Assembly (NCBI GenBank): GCA_036679605.1
Contig: JAZDCZ010000365.1
Span: forward strand, 1 to 64,000
DNA from: Gemmatimonadota bacterium
Lineage (GTDB): Bacteria > Gemmatimonadota > Gemmatimonadetes > Gemmatimonadales > GWC2-71-9
DNA length: 64,000 nucleotides
Direction of reading: 5' to 3'
Every line of letters begins with the position of its first letter. Position 1 is the stretch's first letter. The notes beneath the pieces are model-generated. The model was not told the origin of the DNA and ran no database searches. It was given only the letters and a program-made list of their open reading frames with translations. This document shows, piece by piece, positions 28,551 to 39,098 of this stretch. Both the position numbers and the translations under genes were made by a program.

Positions 28551-29156
28551 TTACCGGGCCCGCTCGTTGTCCAGAGCGTCAATCATGGCGACGCGCCGAC
28601 TATGTCGACCGCCGCCGAACGGAGTCATGAGAAATCTTTCCACAATGTCGCGGGCCAGTCGCTCTCCTATGAGAGTTCCACCCAAGGTCAACACGTTGGC
28701 GTTGTTGTGCTCTCTAGCGTTACCTGCTGTTGTGAGATCATAGCACAGCGCCGCCCGGACTCCAGGCACCTTGTTCGCCACCATGGCGCTTCCGATGCCG
28801 GCGCCTTCAACCATGATTCCAAACTGCGCAGACTGATCGGCTACTAGTTCTGCAACTCGCGAGGCGAAAACGGGGTAGTCGACCGACTCGGTGCTATGAC
28901 AACCCACGTCCTTGACCTCGAAGCCGAGCTGAGTCACGTAACCCTTGAGAGTTTCCTTGAGTGGGAATCCTCCGTGGTCGGCGCCTAGTACGACGGTCCT
29001 CGACAGCCGCTCGGTATCAGCGTCGTCTTCGAGCGCTACGCCCAGTCGTCGGGCCAGGTCGCGAGCGGCGGGAGTAACGATAGTTCCATGGGGCACGGCG
29101 ATTCTGCCGATGGCCGCCGCTTCCCGTATCTCGCTCTCTGAAATCAAATGTGCCAT
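28551..29156 (-). CDS. rpiB: Ribose-5-phosphate isomerase B family protein with N-terminal extension
   Basis: GADHGG, VDYP, GAGIGS, ANKVPGVRAA, AREHNNAN, FGGGRH. Confidence 0.88.
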   Translation of the reverse strand: MAHLISESEIREAAAIGRIAVPHGTIVTPAARDLARRLGVALEDDADTERLSRTVVLGADHGGFPLKETLKGYVTQLGFEVKDVGCHSTESVDYPVFASRVAELVADQSAQFGIMVEGAGIGSAMVANKVPGVRAALCYDLTTAGNAREHNNANVLTLGGTLIGERLARDIVERFLMTPFGGGRHSRRVAMIDALDNERAR

Positions 29157-29168
29157 CGGACTACAGGT

Positions 29169-30005
29169 CTATGCTGCCGCTCTTGCCGTCAAGCCACGCC
29201 GGACGATCCCGGCACAGATCAAGACCAATCCGAAGACGCAAACGATCAAAGGGCCGGTAGGCAAATCGAATTGGAAGGACACTATCAGGCCGATGGCCGA
29301 GGCCAGTGCCCCCGCGGTCCAGCTCATCAAGAGTAGCAGTGTGACTTTTCGGCTGAAGAGAAATGCAATCACAGCAGGCACGACCAGAAAAGAGAATACC
29401 AGTAGGACACCTGCCACTGGTACCGCAAGGGAGATGGCTACACCAAATGAGGCGTAGAACAGAAAGTCCCACCATCTGACGTTCCATCCGCTTTCTTCCG
29501 CCTTGTCCTCCTCCATCGATATGGTGAAAAATCGTTCTCGGAACAACCAGTGAAATACACCGAGGCCCAGGAACACCAGCGCCATCTTGAGAATGGTCGG
29601 CCAGGTGACCCAGAGAATGCTTCCTACGAGGATGTCCTTGATGGCGTCCCCGCCTTGCGGTGCCTGATTGGCAACAAGAATGGCGGCGGCTGACGCAACC
29701 ACGAATACGACACCAATGATTGCTTCCTGAGGTACTCGGCGCTGGGCTTTCGACGTTCGCAACATGGCAAATATGAACGCTCCAAGCGTGGTGAATGCCA
29801 GCGCAAATCCATAACCTGTCGCCGAGTCAGGTGCCACGTCGAGGAGGAGCGCGCTGGTACTCCCCAACGCAGCCATCTGAGCGAGTGAGAGATCGACGAA
29901 GATCACTTCACGCGCAATGATGTGAACTCCAAGGTACGATAGCATTGCGACCAAGATCATGCACGCCGCGAACGGGGCAATCATCAACTGCAACAGATCA
30001 GACAT
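29169..30005 (-). CDS. Metal ABC transporter permease (ZnuB/MntB-like)
   Basis: IFVDLSLAQ, EAIIG, LVGSILWV, GVLLVFSFLVVPA. Confidence 0.9.
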   Translation of the reverse strand: MSDLLQLMIAPFAACMILVAMLSYLGVHIIAREVIFVDLSLAQMAALGSTSALLLDVAPDSATGYGFALAFTTLGAFIFAMLRTSKAQRRVPQEAIIGVVFVVASAAAILVANQAPQGGDAIKDILVGSILWVTWPTILKMALVFLGLGVFHWLFRERFFTISMEEDKAEESGWNVRWWDFLFYASFGVAISLAVPVAGVLLVFSFLVVPAVIAFLFSRKVTLLLLMSWTAGALASAIGLIVSFQFDLPTGPLIVCVFGLVLICAGIVRRGLTARAAA

Positions 30006-30039
30006 TGGGGAAGGTCGTCTCCTCGATACTCGTTATCGC

Positions 30040-31104
30040 TTACCGACCCGCAAATGCGGCGGCAAGTTCCGTTACCCAAAGGTTAACTAGATCGATGTAC
30101 GTATCGGTATGAGGAGCGCCGCTCGCATTTGACGGTACTATCACGGCTTTGGCTCCGGTGCGTGTTGCCACCGACTGTACCTGACCTCGATCGTAGTAGT
30201 TTGTAGAGAACAGCACAGGTATCTGTTTTTCCTTCATCAGTGAGATAACCTCAGCAACATGCCTTGGTGTCGGTGGAATGCCAGGCTTGGGCTCGACGTA
30301 TTCGATGCACGGTACTTGAAATGCCCGGCTGAGATAATCCCACTCCTTGTGGTAACAAACCATCTGTTTACCGCGAAATGGCTGCGCTTGTGCCAGCCAT
30401 CCTCCAACTCGCTCCGTCAAAGGTTGGCCACGATATTTTTGTTTGCTTAGGAAACTCCACAGTTCGCTCTTGCGGGCAAGATCGAAGATCACATCCACAC
30501 CCAACAGATCGATGAGTTCCGAGCCGACAAAGGCTTGCATCACGTTGTTCTTCCACGCTTTGAAGCGTTCCTCGAAATACTCGGAGCTTTCTGGCGCAAC
30601 CCGCTTGAGTCCGGTCAAGATGTTGCCGCCAATGACGACGGCGTTCGCCGGCGATGTCCAGATGTGCGGGTTGCCGAACAGGTGGATGTCTCCTTGGGAG
30701 CGGTCTACCGATGCCGGGATATCCAGTAAGTCGATACCGGTGTACGCGGTGACAAATCCGGGCGCGCCGCTCTTGATTTTCGGGTTGTTTGCCTTATCCA
30801 AGAGCGCCGGCATCCACAATTCGAGGTCCAACCCCGTGGTAATCAAAAGATCGGCTCGTCTAAGCCGTAATGCGAAGCTCGGTTTCGGTTGTACAAAGTG
30901 TGGATTCTCGGCGCCGTCACCGATAGCGGTAACCTCGCCACGGTCACCGACGATCTCGCGGGCGATAGCAGCATAGGTGGTGAGTGAAGTAACCACCTTC
31001 ACAGGCTTCTGCGCCGGCAAGACTGGAGGTGCGGCTAGTATCGACGCCAGTGCCGCTCCGACCACTGCGCCCGTCCGACCAACAACTGTTATGCGTACTC
31101 TCAT
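30040..31104 (-). CDS. Metal ABC substrate-binding protein (ZnuA-like)
   Basis: NPHFVQPKPS, GLDLE, GNPHIW, YHKEW, EPKPGIPPT. Confidence 0.92.
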   Translation of the reverse strand: MRVRITVVGRTGAVVGAALASILAAPPVLPAQKPVKVVTSLTTYAAIAREIVGDRGEVTAIGDGAENPHFVQPKPSFALRLRRADLLITTGLDLELWMPALLDKANNPKIKSGAPGFVTAYTGIDLLDIPASVDRSQGDIHLFGNPHIWTSPANAVVIGGNILTGLKRVAPESSEYFEERFKAWKNNVMQAFVGSELIDLLGVDVIFDLARKSELWSFLSKQKYRGQPLTERVGGWLAQAQPFRGKQMVCYHKEWDYLSRAFQVPCIEYVEPKPGIPPTPRHVAEVISLMKEKQIPVLFSTNYYDRGQVQSVATRTGAKAVIVPSNASGAPHTDTYIDLVNLWVTELAAAFAGR

Positions 31105-32369
31105 TAGTATGACTCGTGTTTGTGTGGTCCCATAGCCCAGACTATCTGGAATATGAGCCTGTCGTTATCAGTGCGTCCCGTGAACCCCGGTGTCGAGAGA
31201 TGCTGCCACTCGGCCCGTAGATATACCCATTCGCTTTGCCACCATGTGACGTGCGGCGCAATGCCCCAGATGTGGCCAGGACTCTCTAGCGGCTCTACGT
31301 AGTCGAACCGGCCACCAAAGAAGAATCGTCTACCTGATTGGTAGTCGGCTCCGAGATAACCGCCGTATCGGGTTTCACCCACGTCGGAGACTCTCTTCCG
31401 AGCCGCATACAGTTCGCCGCGGATCGTAGCTGACCTGTATAGTGCCTTCTCAGGTGGCCGCCACGTCAGGCGAAAATCACCTCCGAATACCCTCGACGCG
31501 AGGTTGTCGTCCGGGTTTCGGCCGTACAGTGCCGTGCCACCGACCTGAATGTATGTTGAGCGGTTCAGCTGCCAAAAGTTGTTCAAGTGACCCATGTAGG
31601 AGAGACGTCGTCCGCCGTTGAACAGTGCATCATTGTTAGCAAGAGTCACCTGGCCCCACAGCTCATGTGTGCCGCCTCCCAGCGGGGCAGCTGGGACCAC
31701 CCAGTATGCGCTCAAACCATCACCTACGAGTCCGTCCTCACCGAAATACTCTTGGAGGGCCCGTGGATATTCTGTTTCTGGAAGTGCATGGAGGTGTATC
31801 CGGTTGAGTTCGCCGACTTGCTGTCGGAACCGCCCAATATCGATTCGGATGCCGGCCGGAAGACCAGTCCAATAGATGTAGGCCTCCTCCGCGGTTATTT
31901 CGTTCTCCTCCAAGGAAAGAAAGATCTTGGTGCTGGCATAGGGATCCAAGGTCGATTGGAACGCAAACTCGAACTCTCTAAGATCGAAGTTGTCCTCCTG
32001 CGGGCCGGGCCGATTCACTAGGGCGCGAACATCACCTGTCACACTAATCTCAGGGTTCAATCTGCTCAGATTGCGCGTGCGGCTCACGAATTGTGTCTGT
32101 CCAGTGTCGGGTTGCTCGCCTCCGGCAGCCTCTTGAGCTGCTGCCTGTGCGGCCGCTCGAAGCGCCGCCAGTTCGTCCACTGCCTCGGTCGTGTCTTCGC
32201 CCTGCTGCGCCATGTGCGCAACGACTTCTTGCAGCGAGTCCAGACGTGCCTTGAGGCGCCGGACTTCGTTTTCCAGAGAGTCGGTCTTGGTCAGCGGATC
32301 TTGTGCTCGAGCCGGCGATGCCACCCCAGCAAGGGCGAAAATCACGGACACAAACAGTTTTATCTTCAT
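31104..32369 (-). CDS. Outer-membrane porin-like protein of the metal-uptake operon
   Basis: Signal peptide, coiled coil, NPEISV, EEAY, H-x-HALP, beta strands, C-terminal GPHKHESY; start uncertain (32369 or 32384). Confidence 0.8.
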   Translation of the reverse strand: MKIKLFVSVIFALAGVASPARAQDPLTKTDSLENEVRRLKARLDSLQEVVAHMAQQGEDTTEAVDELAALRAAAQAAAQEAAGGEQPDTGQTQFVSRTRNLSRLNPEISVTGDVRALVNRPGPQEDNFDLREFEFAFQSTLDPYASTKIFLSLEENEITAEEAYIYWTGLPAGIRIDIGRFRQQVGELNRIHLHALPETEYPRALQEYFGEDGLVGDGLSAYWVVPAAPLGGGTHELWGQVTLANNDALFNGGRRLSYMGHLNNFWQLNRSTYIQVGGTALYGRNPDDNLASRVFGGDFRLTWRPPEKALYRSATIRGELYAARKRVSDVGETRYGGYLGADYQSGRRFFFGGRFDYVEPLESPGHIWGIAPHVTWWQSEWVYLRAEWQHLSTPGFTGRTDNDRLIFQIVWAMGPHKHESY

Positions 32370-32462
32370 TTTTTCTGGCCCCACATAGCTCTTTCAGTCT
32401 TGAATTGCATCGGTGTTGCGGCTATCCAGAGCGAGCCGCAGCGGTAAATGGAAACGACTAAT

Positions 32463-32813
32463 TTACCGTAGAGGTGGGGGGCCTCGAACTCCGTTTGCGT
32501 TTGAGGGAATCGTCTTGCGGGGGCAATCTAGCGTCGTCAAATCGTCGATCGACTGAATGCGATCATGGTCCAGCGAGAGCTGGTGTTGGTGGGGGACAGC
32601 TGGGTTGAATGATGCAGCACATGTATGACACCAGGTCTCGACATGGATCTTGGAACAGTCACTCGACTGGGAGTTCTCGATGTGCTGCGTAGTGGAAAGT
32701 ACGTCGCTACTGGCGTGGATCACTGGAACCCAAATCCAAGTAGCCAACTGGACAATGGCCATCATGAGAGGAACAAGACGGCTGTTCCTGCGCAATGCAT
32801 CATGGCGTTTCAT
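32463..32813 (-). CDS. DUF2946-like His/Cys-rich leader protein with CxxC and C-terminal RGPP
   Basis: TM segment, WCHTC, HQH, ends NGVRGPPPLR; first gene of the metal operon. Confidence 0.75.
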   Translation of the reverse strand: MKRHDALRRNSRLVPLMMAIVQLATWIWVPVIHASSDVLSTTQHIENSQSSDCSKIHVETWCHTCAASFNPAVPHQHQLSLDHDRIQSIDDLTTLDCPRKTIPSNANGVRGPPPLR

Positions 32814-32895
32814 AGACTTAACAATATAGCACCTGAGCGTCGGTCTGGTTCCCGGCGGGACCAAGCCGGGGGCATCAGCCGCACGCCTCCGGACC

Positions 32896-34011
32896 TCAAC
32901 GCCGAACAGCCTCGAAGAGGAGTTTGCCAACCTTCCAGTTCCGCATGATTCCTCCAAACTCCTCGGCTCCAGGGCCCGAAGCAAAAAGGGGAATCATCTG
33001 AGCCGTGTGAGACTCGGAGGTGTAGTGTGCTTCGAGTGAGTCCAAATGGAACTCAGTGCCGTCGCTCAAGTGACCGACGGCCTCTTGGATCGCAAGCCCT
33101 CCTGTCTCGTGATCAGCCACTACAACGATGAGAGTTTCCGGATTGCGCTGCTGGTATTCTAGTCCAACCGCAATCGCATCGTCGAAGTCCAGTACCTCTG
33201 CTGTAACCGCCTCGAGCGGCTCGTTCCCGTGCCCCCGCCAATCGGGCTGGGATCCCTCGACCATGAGGAAGAATCCCTTGGGGTTTTGGTCGAGCACGTC
33301 GAGTGCCGCCTGTGTCATCTGCGGCAGGGTCGGTGAGCGGTGCGGCGCCGCGGGCATGTGGCTCCAGGTGAACAGTCCAAACAGGGAGTGAACTTCATTC
33401 AGGTCCAGAGCTTCGAGTTGCTGAGGAGTTTCTACGTAGGTGCTGTACGCAAGAACGCGTTCCAAGAGATCAATTGAGTCGGGCCGGACGCTGCCATCCC
33501 AAATGCTGCGGCCGCCGCCCAGGATCACGTCTATTTCCAACTTCGCCATGTGCGCTGCTATCGTAAATTCATCCACACGTGTAACGACGTGTGCGGCAAA
33601 TGAGGCAGGAGTGGCATGGGTGATCCGAGAAGTCGCTACGAGGCCTGTTCCCATGCCCAGCTCCTTCGCCACTTCGAGCACTGTCTCCACCGGCATCGAA
33701 TCGGGCCCCACTCCAATCGCCCCGTTGTATGTCAGTATGCCCGCGGCGTACGCGGTCGCTCCCGCTGCGCTGTCGGTGACCTTTCTGTCGGAGCTTCTAG
33801 TGTCTACCAGCCCCATCACGTGGAATTGGTGAACGGCCAAGTGGTCCCGGGCGTATTCGGCCGCAGTCCAGTAGCTAGCACCGACTCCGTCACCAATGAA
33901 CAAGATCACCCTTGTCGGAGCACTCTGAGCGCCTGCGCTGGCAGTCGGTCCAATGACTAGAAATAACGCGATCCCTAGAGCCCGGAGCAGATTGGATCGG
34001 GTTCGTACCAT
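32896..34011 (-). CDS. Alkaline phosphatase (PhoA family)
   Basis: FIGDG, VTDSAAGATA, THATPA, MVEG..D..GH, ADHETGG. Confidence 0.92.
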   Translation of the reverse strand: MVRTRSNLLRALGIALFLVIGPTASAGAQSAPTRVILFIGDGVGASYWTAAEYARDHLAVHQFHVMGLVDTRSSDRKVTDSAAGATAYAAGILTYNGAIGVGPDSMPVETVLEVAKELGMGTGLVATSRITHATPASFAAHVVTRVDEFTIAAHMAKLEIDVILGGGRSIWDGSVRPDSIDLLERVLAYSTYVETPQQLEALDLNEVHSLFGLFTWSHMPAAPHRSPTLPQMTQAALDVLDQNPKGFFLMVEGSQPDWRGHGNEPLEAVTAEVLDFDDAIAVGLEYQQRNPETLIVVVADHETGGLAIQEAVGHLSDGTEFHLDSLEAHYTSESHTAQMIPLFASGPGAEEFGGIMRNWKVGKLLFEAVRR

Positions 34012-34021
34012 TAAACTCTCC

Positions 34022-34888
34022 CTATACGTCTTCTTGTTTTCGTTGGCCGGCGTACGCTCTGAGCCGCCTGAGCATTCGCCGGTCATGTCGGACCGGATCG
34101 TCCAATTTGGGTGTCTCGATGACCTTGATGATACCCCTGAATCGTTCATCTTGCATCACGCGGCGAAACGGGGCAGGGCCCATCGTCCCCTCTCCGATCC
34201 ATTCGTGACGATCGCGGTGCGACGCAAACGGTGTCTTAGAATCGTTTAAGTGCAAGCACCGCAGGTACTTGAGACCGATGGCCTGATCCCATTCGTGCCA
34301 CACACTGTCCCAGTCGTTCACTAGATCGTATCCCGCGGCATACAGATGACAGGTGTCGGCGCAAAACCCTACTCTGCGGCGAAGCCGCCCGGTGATTTTC
34401 CGGCGCAGCTCCGCGAGTTCGCGGAACGTTGAGCCCAACGCCGTGCCGGACCCAGCCGTCGTTTCGATGAACAGGTCGGGACCGCTCACTTCTTGTAAGC
34501 ACTCGCTGTAAGCATCGGCGTTGCGTTGCAGGCCCTCTTCGCGATTATCCATGAAGTTGCCGGGGTGGGTAACGACACCCCGGATGCCAAGATCCCGCGA
34601 TCGCTCCAGTTCTTTCTTGAACGAATGGATGGATCGCGACCGTAGTTTCGGGTTTGGTGACGCTAGATTTATCAGATACGAATCATGAGAGATTACCCCA
34701 AGAATTTTCGTACGGGCCAACTCTTCCTTGAATCGAACGATCTCTTCCTTGGCGAGTGCCTTTTCCCGCCATTGGTTGGGAGACTTGGTGAAGACTTGAA
34801 TCGCAGTGGCGCCGATCTCGGCGCCTCGGGTCGGTGCGTTTGAAATCCCACCGGCTGTCGAGACGTGGGCGCCGAGGAGATTGACCAC
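34022..34888 (-). CDS. nfo: Endonuclease IV
   Basis: GAHVS, HDSYLINLAS, HPG, ETTAG, DTCH, HLNDSK, DRHE, ETP. Confidence 0.95.
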   Translation of the reverse strand: MVNLLGAHVSTAGGISNAPTRGAEIGATAIQVFTKSPNQWREKALAKEEIVRFKEELARTKILGVISHDSYLINLASPNPKLRSRSIHSFKKELERSRDLGIRGVVTHPGNFMDNREEGLQRNADAYSECLQEVSGPDLFIETTAGSGTALGSTFRELAELRRKITGRLRRRVGFCADTCHLYAAGYDLVNDWDSVWHEWDQAIGLKYLRCLHLNDSKTPFASHRDRHEWIGEGTMGPAPFRRVMQDERFRGIIKVIETPKLDDPVRHDRRMLRRLRAYAGQRKQEDV

Positions 34889-34890
34889 GA

Positions 34891-35505
34891 CTACGCGGGG
34901 AAGGCGTAAGGCGAAACGAGTGGCACGAACCGGCATGAGCCGGCGGTGGTTTCTCGGTACCCTCTGGTAGTTCGCTCTATCACCTGCAAAACCTGTGTCG
35001 CGCGGCCGCCTACAGGTATGACCAGCCGTCCGCCGATTGTGAGCTGGTCGATGAGTTGCTTCGGGATCTGGGGAGCGGCTGCAGCTACTACGATCGCTTC
35101 GTACGGCGATCCGGCATGATGGCCTCGGGCACCGTCGCCGACTAGGAAAGTGGCGTTCGAAACCCCCAGCTCGTGTAACCTGCATTCTGCCTCGAGCGAC
35201 AGGTCCTCGAAGCGTTCAACACTCCAAACGTGGCGCACCAGTTTCGCGATGACTGCCGTGTGATAACCCGATCCGCTACCCACCTCCAACACATTGCAAT
35301 TGCGTCCCACACGCGCCTGTTGGGTCATGAGGGCGACCATGTACGGTTGGGAGATCGTCTGATCGCGGGCGATCCGGATAGGTTGGTCAGCGTAGGCTAG
35401 GTGCTGCATTTCGTACGAAACAAAGAACTCGCGTGGTACGCTTGCCATCGCAGCCAGCACTCTGCTATCTGAAATACCTCGACTCGCGAGTTGTTGACGC
35501 ACCAT
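34891..35505 (-). CDS. pcm: Protein-L-isoaspartate O-methyltransferase
   Basis: QTISQPYMVA, LEVGSGSGY, GGRLVIPVG, RFVPL. Confidence 0.95.
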   Translation of the reverse strand: MVRQQLASRGISDSRVLAAMASVPREFFVSYEMQHLAYADQPIRIARDQTISQPYMVALMTQQARVGRNCNVLEVGSGSGYHTAVIAKLVRHVWSVERFEDLSLEAECRLHELGVSNATFLVGDGARGHHAGSPYEAIVVAAAAPQIPKQLIDQLTIGGRLVIPVGGRATQVLQVIERTTRGYRETTAGSCRFVPLVSPYAFPA

Positions 35506-35554
35506 TGCATGGCGCTCTCCTCGCCGGCCGATCGAGGTCCGGTCCGTCCTAGTA

Positions 35555-36268
35555 TCAGTCGTGGCGACTCAGCAGTCGGGTCAAGAGCCCGGGCCTGTCA
35601 CGTGCTTCACGCAGCCGCTCCTCAGCCATGGCAGTGCGCCGCTCTAGCTCCAGTCTCGACCGTCGCAGTCTCTCGACAAGGTCTCGCTCCTGCGACAGTT
35701 CATCCTCCAATAATTTCACCTGTCGGCTGCCATCTTCCGGTGGTGTCTTCCCCTCCACTTCAATCACGTCTTCATCAACAACGATATCCGCTTCATCCTG
35801 CCCCGGCATGAGACTGTGTCCGGAACCGTCGAAAGACTCCTGAATCAATTCAACGAGGATGCGCTGCTGGCGTTCGACTACATCGCCGAAGCGCGTGATT
35901 TCCTGGACCATCTGCCACATGAGTTGACGCTGCTCACGCTCACCCTCTAGCACCGCCGTGACGAGTTGCTCGTATCCTGAAGGCGACCCGCCGTTCGAGC
36001 GTATTGGGAGTGGCGACTGGGCATTGGCTGCAGAAGGAGGACTGGAGTTCAAAGCCGATTCGATTTGTTCGCGCGTGTTGCCGGAAGCGTACGATTCAGC
36101 GATGAAACGCAAGGTTTCGAGAGCCTTTTCCGGATAACGTCTACGAGCGCCGCTGCCGACCCAGGGAACGTGGAGCGCAAATGTGTCGCGGTAATACCGC
36201 GTTGTGGATTCAGGCAGATTCAGTGCCCGAGCCAGCTGGCAGAGCGTATACACCTTTGTGTCCGGCAT
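35555..36268 (-). CDS. MerR-like HTH protein with C-terminal coiled coil
   Basis: YTLCQLARALNLPESTTRYY, RRYP; heptads; amphipathic GLLTRLL tail. Confidence 0.8.
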   Translation of the reverse strand: MPDTKVYTLCQLARALNLPESTTRYYRDTFALHVPWVGSGARRRYPEKALETLRFIAESYASGNTREQIESALNSSPPSAANAQSPLPIRSNGGSPSGYEQLVTAVLEGEREQRQLMWQMVQEITRFGDVVERQQRILVELIQESFDGSGHSLMPGQDEADIVVDEDVIEVEGKTPPEDGSRQVKLLEDELSQERDLVERLRRSRLELERRTAMAEERLREARDRPGLLTRLLSRHD

Positions 36269-36340
36269 GGGCTAGGAAGATAATTGTTACGCGGTGGGGA
36301 AACCAATCGCGACTGACTGTCGAGCTAGGATGCGCCGATG

Positions 36341-37543
36341 CTAGCGCCGCTTTGTGAGCCAATTTTCGGGATTGAGAGCGATAGGTCTGGTGCTGCCGGC
36401 CGCTGCCTGGCGTATCTGGAACTCAAGGTGAGGGCCGGATTCAGACCCACTGCCTCCGCTTCGGCCGATAACCTGTCCAGCGGACACGGTCTGACCAGAT
36501 GAGACATCGAGACCTGATAGGTAGAGGTATAGTGTATAGAAGCCGCCACCGTGATCGATTATGACGCTCGGTCCGTAAGTTCCGAATAGGCCAGCTCGCT
36601 CAACCGTTCCACCGGCCACGGATCGTACGGCAGTGCCAGGAGGGACTGTGATCCCGATACCCTCATAGCGAATCCTAGTCCCGTCCGGCCCGGGGGCCCG
36701 GCCGAACCGATACACCATGGGGCCCGTGGCCGGCCACAACAGACCCCCGAGATCCGCGGTGCTGATGGTTGCTTCGGTGCTGGGGCGACTCCCACTTGCT
36801 ATAGCGCGCCGCCGCTCGCTTTCCAGCGACGCCAGCACATCGGATAATGCAACCTCGGCGCGAGCCAGGGAATCCAACTCTGACGTTGCCGTCTCCTGTG
36901 ACGCACGTGTTTGTCTCAGACTGTTTTGGCGTTGCCGTTCTAGGCTCACGAACCGCCGCAGCTCGATGCCGCGCTGCTCGCGCTGCGTGTCGAGTGCTGT
37001 TTGTGCGCGCACCTGCTCACGGTGCTGGGCATCCCTGGCCTGATGAAGGTCGTCGATCTCTGTGACTAGAGTTCGATCCCGCCGGGTGATGATGTGGAGA
37101 TACTTGTAGCGGCTCAGCAGATCGCCGAAGGATTCGGCTGCAAGGAGGACTTGGAACGTATATAGCGGGCCGCGCTTGTATATGTCTGACAGCCTCTTTT
37201 CAAGAACCGCCTGAGCCTCCGCCAGCGCATCCCGAGTCAGCAGGAGATCGGTGGTGACGACATCGAGCCGGCCGGTCATGGCCACCATCTGCCGGTCGAG
37301 TTCGTTTACAACTCGGTTGGTTAGGCTTCTCTGTAGTTCGAGGTTGCGGATTTCGGTATTGATGTTTCGCGTCCGGCCCCTTAGGCGCCGCAATTCTCCT
37401 TCCAGGCTGCTGCGCTGTTCTCGAATGGAATCGAGCCGGGCCTGATTTTGCCGAATGCGGCGGTCCAGGTTGCCCTGGGCTTGTACTTGGGACGCCAGAC
37501 AGGCAAGACAAAGAATACCTAGTGAAGGAGCAAGCCACTTCAT
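36341..37543 (-). CDS. envC: Murein hydrolase activator EnvC (M23)
   Basis: Coiled coil plus degenerate M23 domain (LLWP, IIDHGGG, HLEFQIR) downstream of ftsX. Confidence 0.88.
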   Translation of the reverse strand: MKWLAPSLGILCLACLASQVQAQGNLDRRIRQNQARLDSIREQRSSLEGELRRLRGRTRNINTEIRNLELQRSLTNRVVNELDRQMVAMTGRLDVVTTDLLLTRDALAEAQAVLEKRLSDIYKRGPLYTFQVLLAAESFGDLLSRYKYLHIITRRDRTLVTEIDDLHQARDAQHREQVRAQTALDTQREQRGIELRRFVSLERQRQNSLRQTRASQETATSELDSLARAEVALSDVLASLESERRRAIASGSRPSTEATISTADLGGLLWPATGPMVYRFGRAPGPDGTRIRYEGIGITVPPGTAVRSVAGGTVERAGLFGTYGPSVIIDHGGGFYTLYLYLSGLDVSSGQTVSAGQVIGRSGGSGSESGPHLEFQIRQAAAGSTRPIALNPENWLTKRR

Positions 37544-38403
37544 GCTGGATTCACGCTCTTCAAATGTCTGCCCACGCTCATGGCGCTTGCAAGGAATCCT
37601 AGCACCGTCCCGAACAGAACCAGAATGAGCGCCTGATCGAGAGTAAAAAATGATGAACTGAATAGCGGGTCTATGGCGGCATATGCACCGTAATTGAGTG
37701 CGATCGCACCGATGCCGCCAAGTGTGCCTTTGATCGTTCCCTCCAGCAGGAACGGCTGGCGAATAAAACCGTCGGTAGCGCCGACAAGTCGCATGATCGC
37801 GATCTCGCTGCTGCGGTGTAGCACCGCCATGCGTACGGTGGTCCCTATGATGATGATGCTGGCAATCGCAAAGGCGCCACCAATGACCAGTCCAACTATG
37901 GCCGCGATGTTACGGATGCGGTCGAGTTTCTCGATCCAGTCGCGCCCGAATCTGACGTCTTCCGCAAAACGGAATCCCCGCAACCATTCCGCGACGCTCT
38001 CGACGCTCTCGCTGTCGCGGAACCCTGGTTGCAGTCGCACTTCGAGTGACGCCGGCAGCGGGTTGGTTGCCAGGTCGGCAAACACGTCCTGAAACTCGGC
38101 GAGTCCACGGCGCGCTTGGGCGAGCGCCTCATCCTCACTCACGTATGTTACTGCCTGTACTCCCGGGAGAGCCTCAATGTCACTTATGGCAACAGTGACC
38201 ACTTCAACCGGCGTGCCTCTCCTGAGGTAGGCAACGATCTCGACTCGCTCCTCTAGCTTGGCGAGAGCACTCCGCAGGTTCAGCGCGATCAGCCCAAATA
38301 GCCCAAGCACGAACAAGGCAAATGCGATAGTGGTTATGGAGAGTGCCGACAACACCGGCGCACGGCGAAATGATAGGTAAGCCTCTCTCAACGCTAGCCT
38401 CAT
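37540..38403 (-). CDS. ftsX: Cell division permease FtsX
   Basis: NPLPASL, EIAIMRLVGATDGFIRQPFLLEG. Confidence 0.95.
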   Translation of the reverse strand: MRLALREAYLSFRRAPVLSALSITTIAFALFVLGLFGLIALNLRSALAKLEERVEIVAYLRRGTPVEVVTVAISDIEALPGVQAVTYVSEDEALAQARRGLAEFQDVFADLATNPLPASLEVRLQPGFRDSESVESVAEWLRGFRFAEDVRFGRDWIEKLDRIRNIAAIVGLVIGGAFAIASIIIIGTTVRMAVLHRSSEIAIMRLVGATDGFIRQPFLLEGTIKGTLGGIGAIALNYGAYAAIDPLFSSSFFTLDQALILVLFGTVLGFLASAMSVGRHLKSVNPA

Positions 38404-39095
38404 CGTGCCACTACTCCCGGCTCCACATCATCTTCAGTCGAGTCGTAAACGACTACTCCGTCCTCCATCTCAATCGATCGGTAGGAGGTCTGACGCACCA
38501 GTGACAGATTGTGAGTGGCCATCACTACGGCCGTCCCGTTGGCGTTGATGTCCCGCAGGAGCTGAAAGATTCCGCGTGATGCTCTTTCATCCAGATTCCC
38601 CGTCGGTTCATCGGCTAGGAGTACCAATGGGTCGTTAACGAGCGCCCGCGCAATGGCAACGCGCTGTTGCTCCCCGCCCGACAACTCTCTCGGGTAACTC
38701 TGTACCTTTGCCGCCAGTCCGACTTGGGTGAGTACGCGCATGACTTTCGGGGCGATTACGCTGCGGCGGACTCCGGTAACCTCGAGAGCAAAGGCTACGT
38801 TTGCTTCGGCTGTCCGGTCCTCGAGTAGCCGAAAGTTCTGGAACACGATGCCGAGCCGACGCCGCAGCTTTGCAATATCGCGGTGCTTGAGCCTCGAGGT
38901 GGCGAAGCCCGACACGCGAACGTCGCCCGAGGTGGGAAGCTGGTCGGCGTAGATCAGACTAAGGACAGTGGACTTGCCGGCCCCAGAGTGTCCGGTCAGA
39001 AAAGCGAATTCTCCTTTGCCTATGTGGAAGGAGACATCACGGAGGGCTATGGTCCCTGAGCGGAACGACTTGAAGACCTTCTTGAAACGGATCAC
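38400..39095 (-). CDS. ftsE: Cell division ATPase FtsE
   Basis: [28 protein letters not shown]. Confidence 0.95.
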   Translation of the reverse strand: MIRFKKVFKSFRSGTIALRDVSFHIGKGEFAFLTGHSGAGKSTVLSLIYADQLPTSGDVRVSGFATSRLKHRDIAKLRRRLGIVFQNFRLLEDRTAEANVAFALEVTGVRRSVIAPKVMRVLTQVGLAAKVQSYPRELSGGEQQRVAIARALVNDPLVLLADEPTGNLDERASRGIFQLLRDINANGTAVVMATHNLSLVRQTSYRSIEMEDGVVVYDSTEDDVEPGVVAR

Positions 39096-39098
39096 GAC

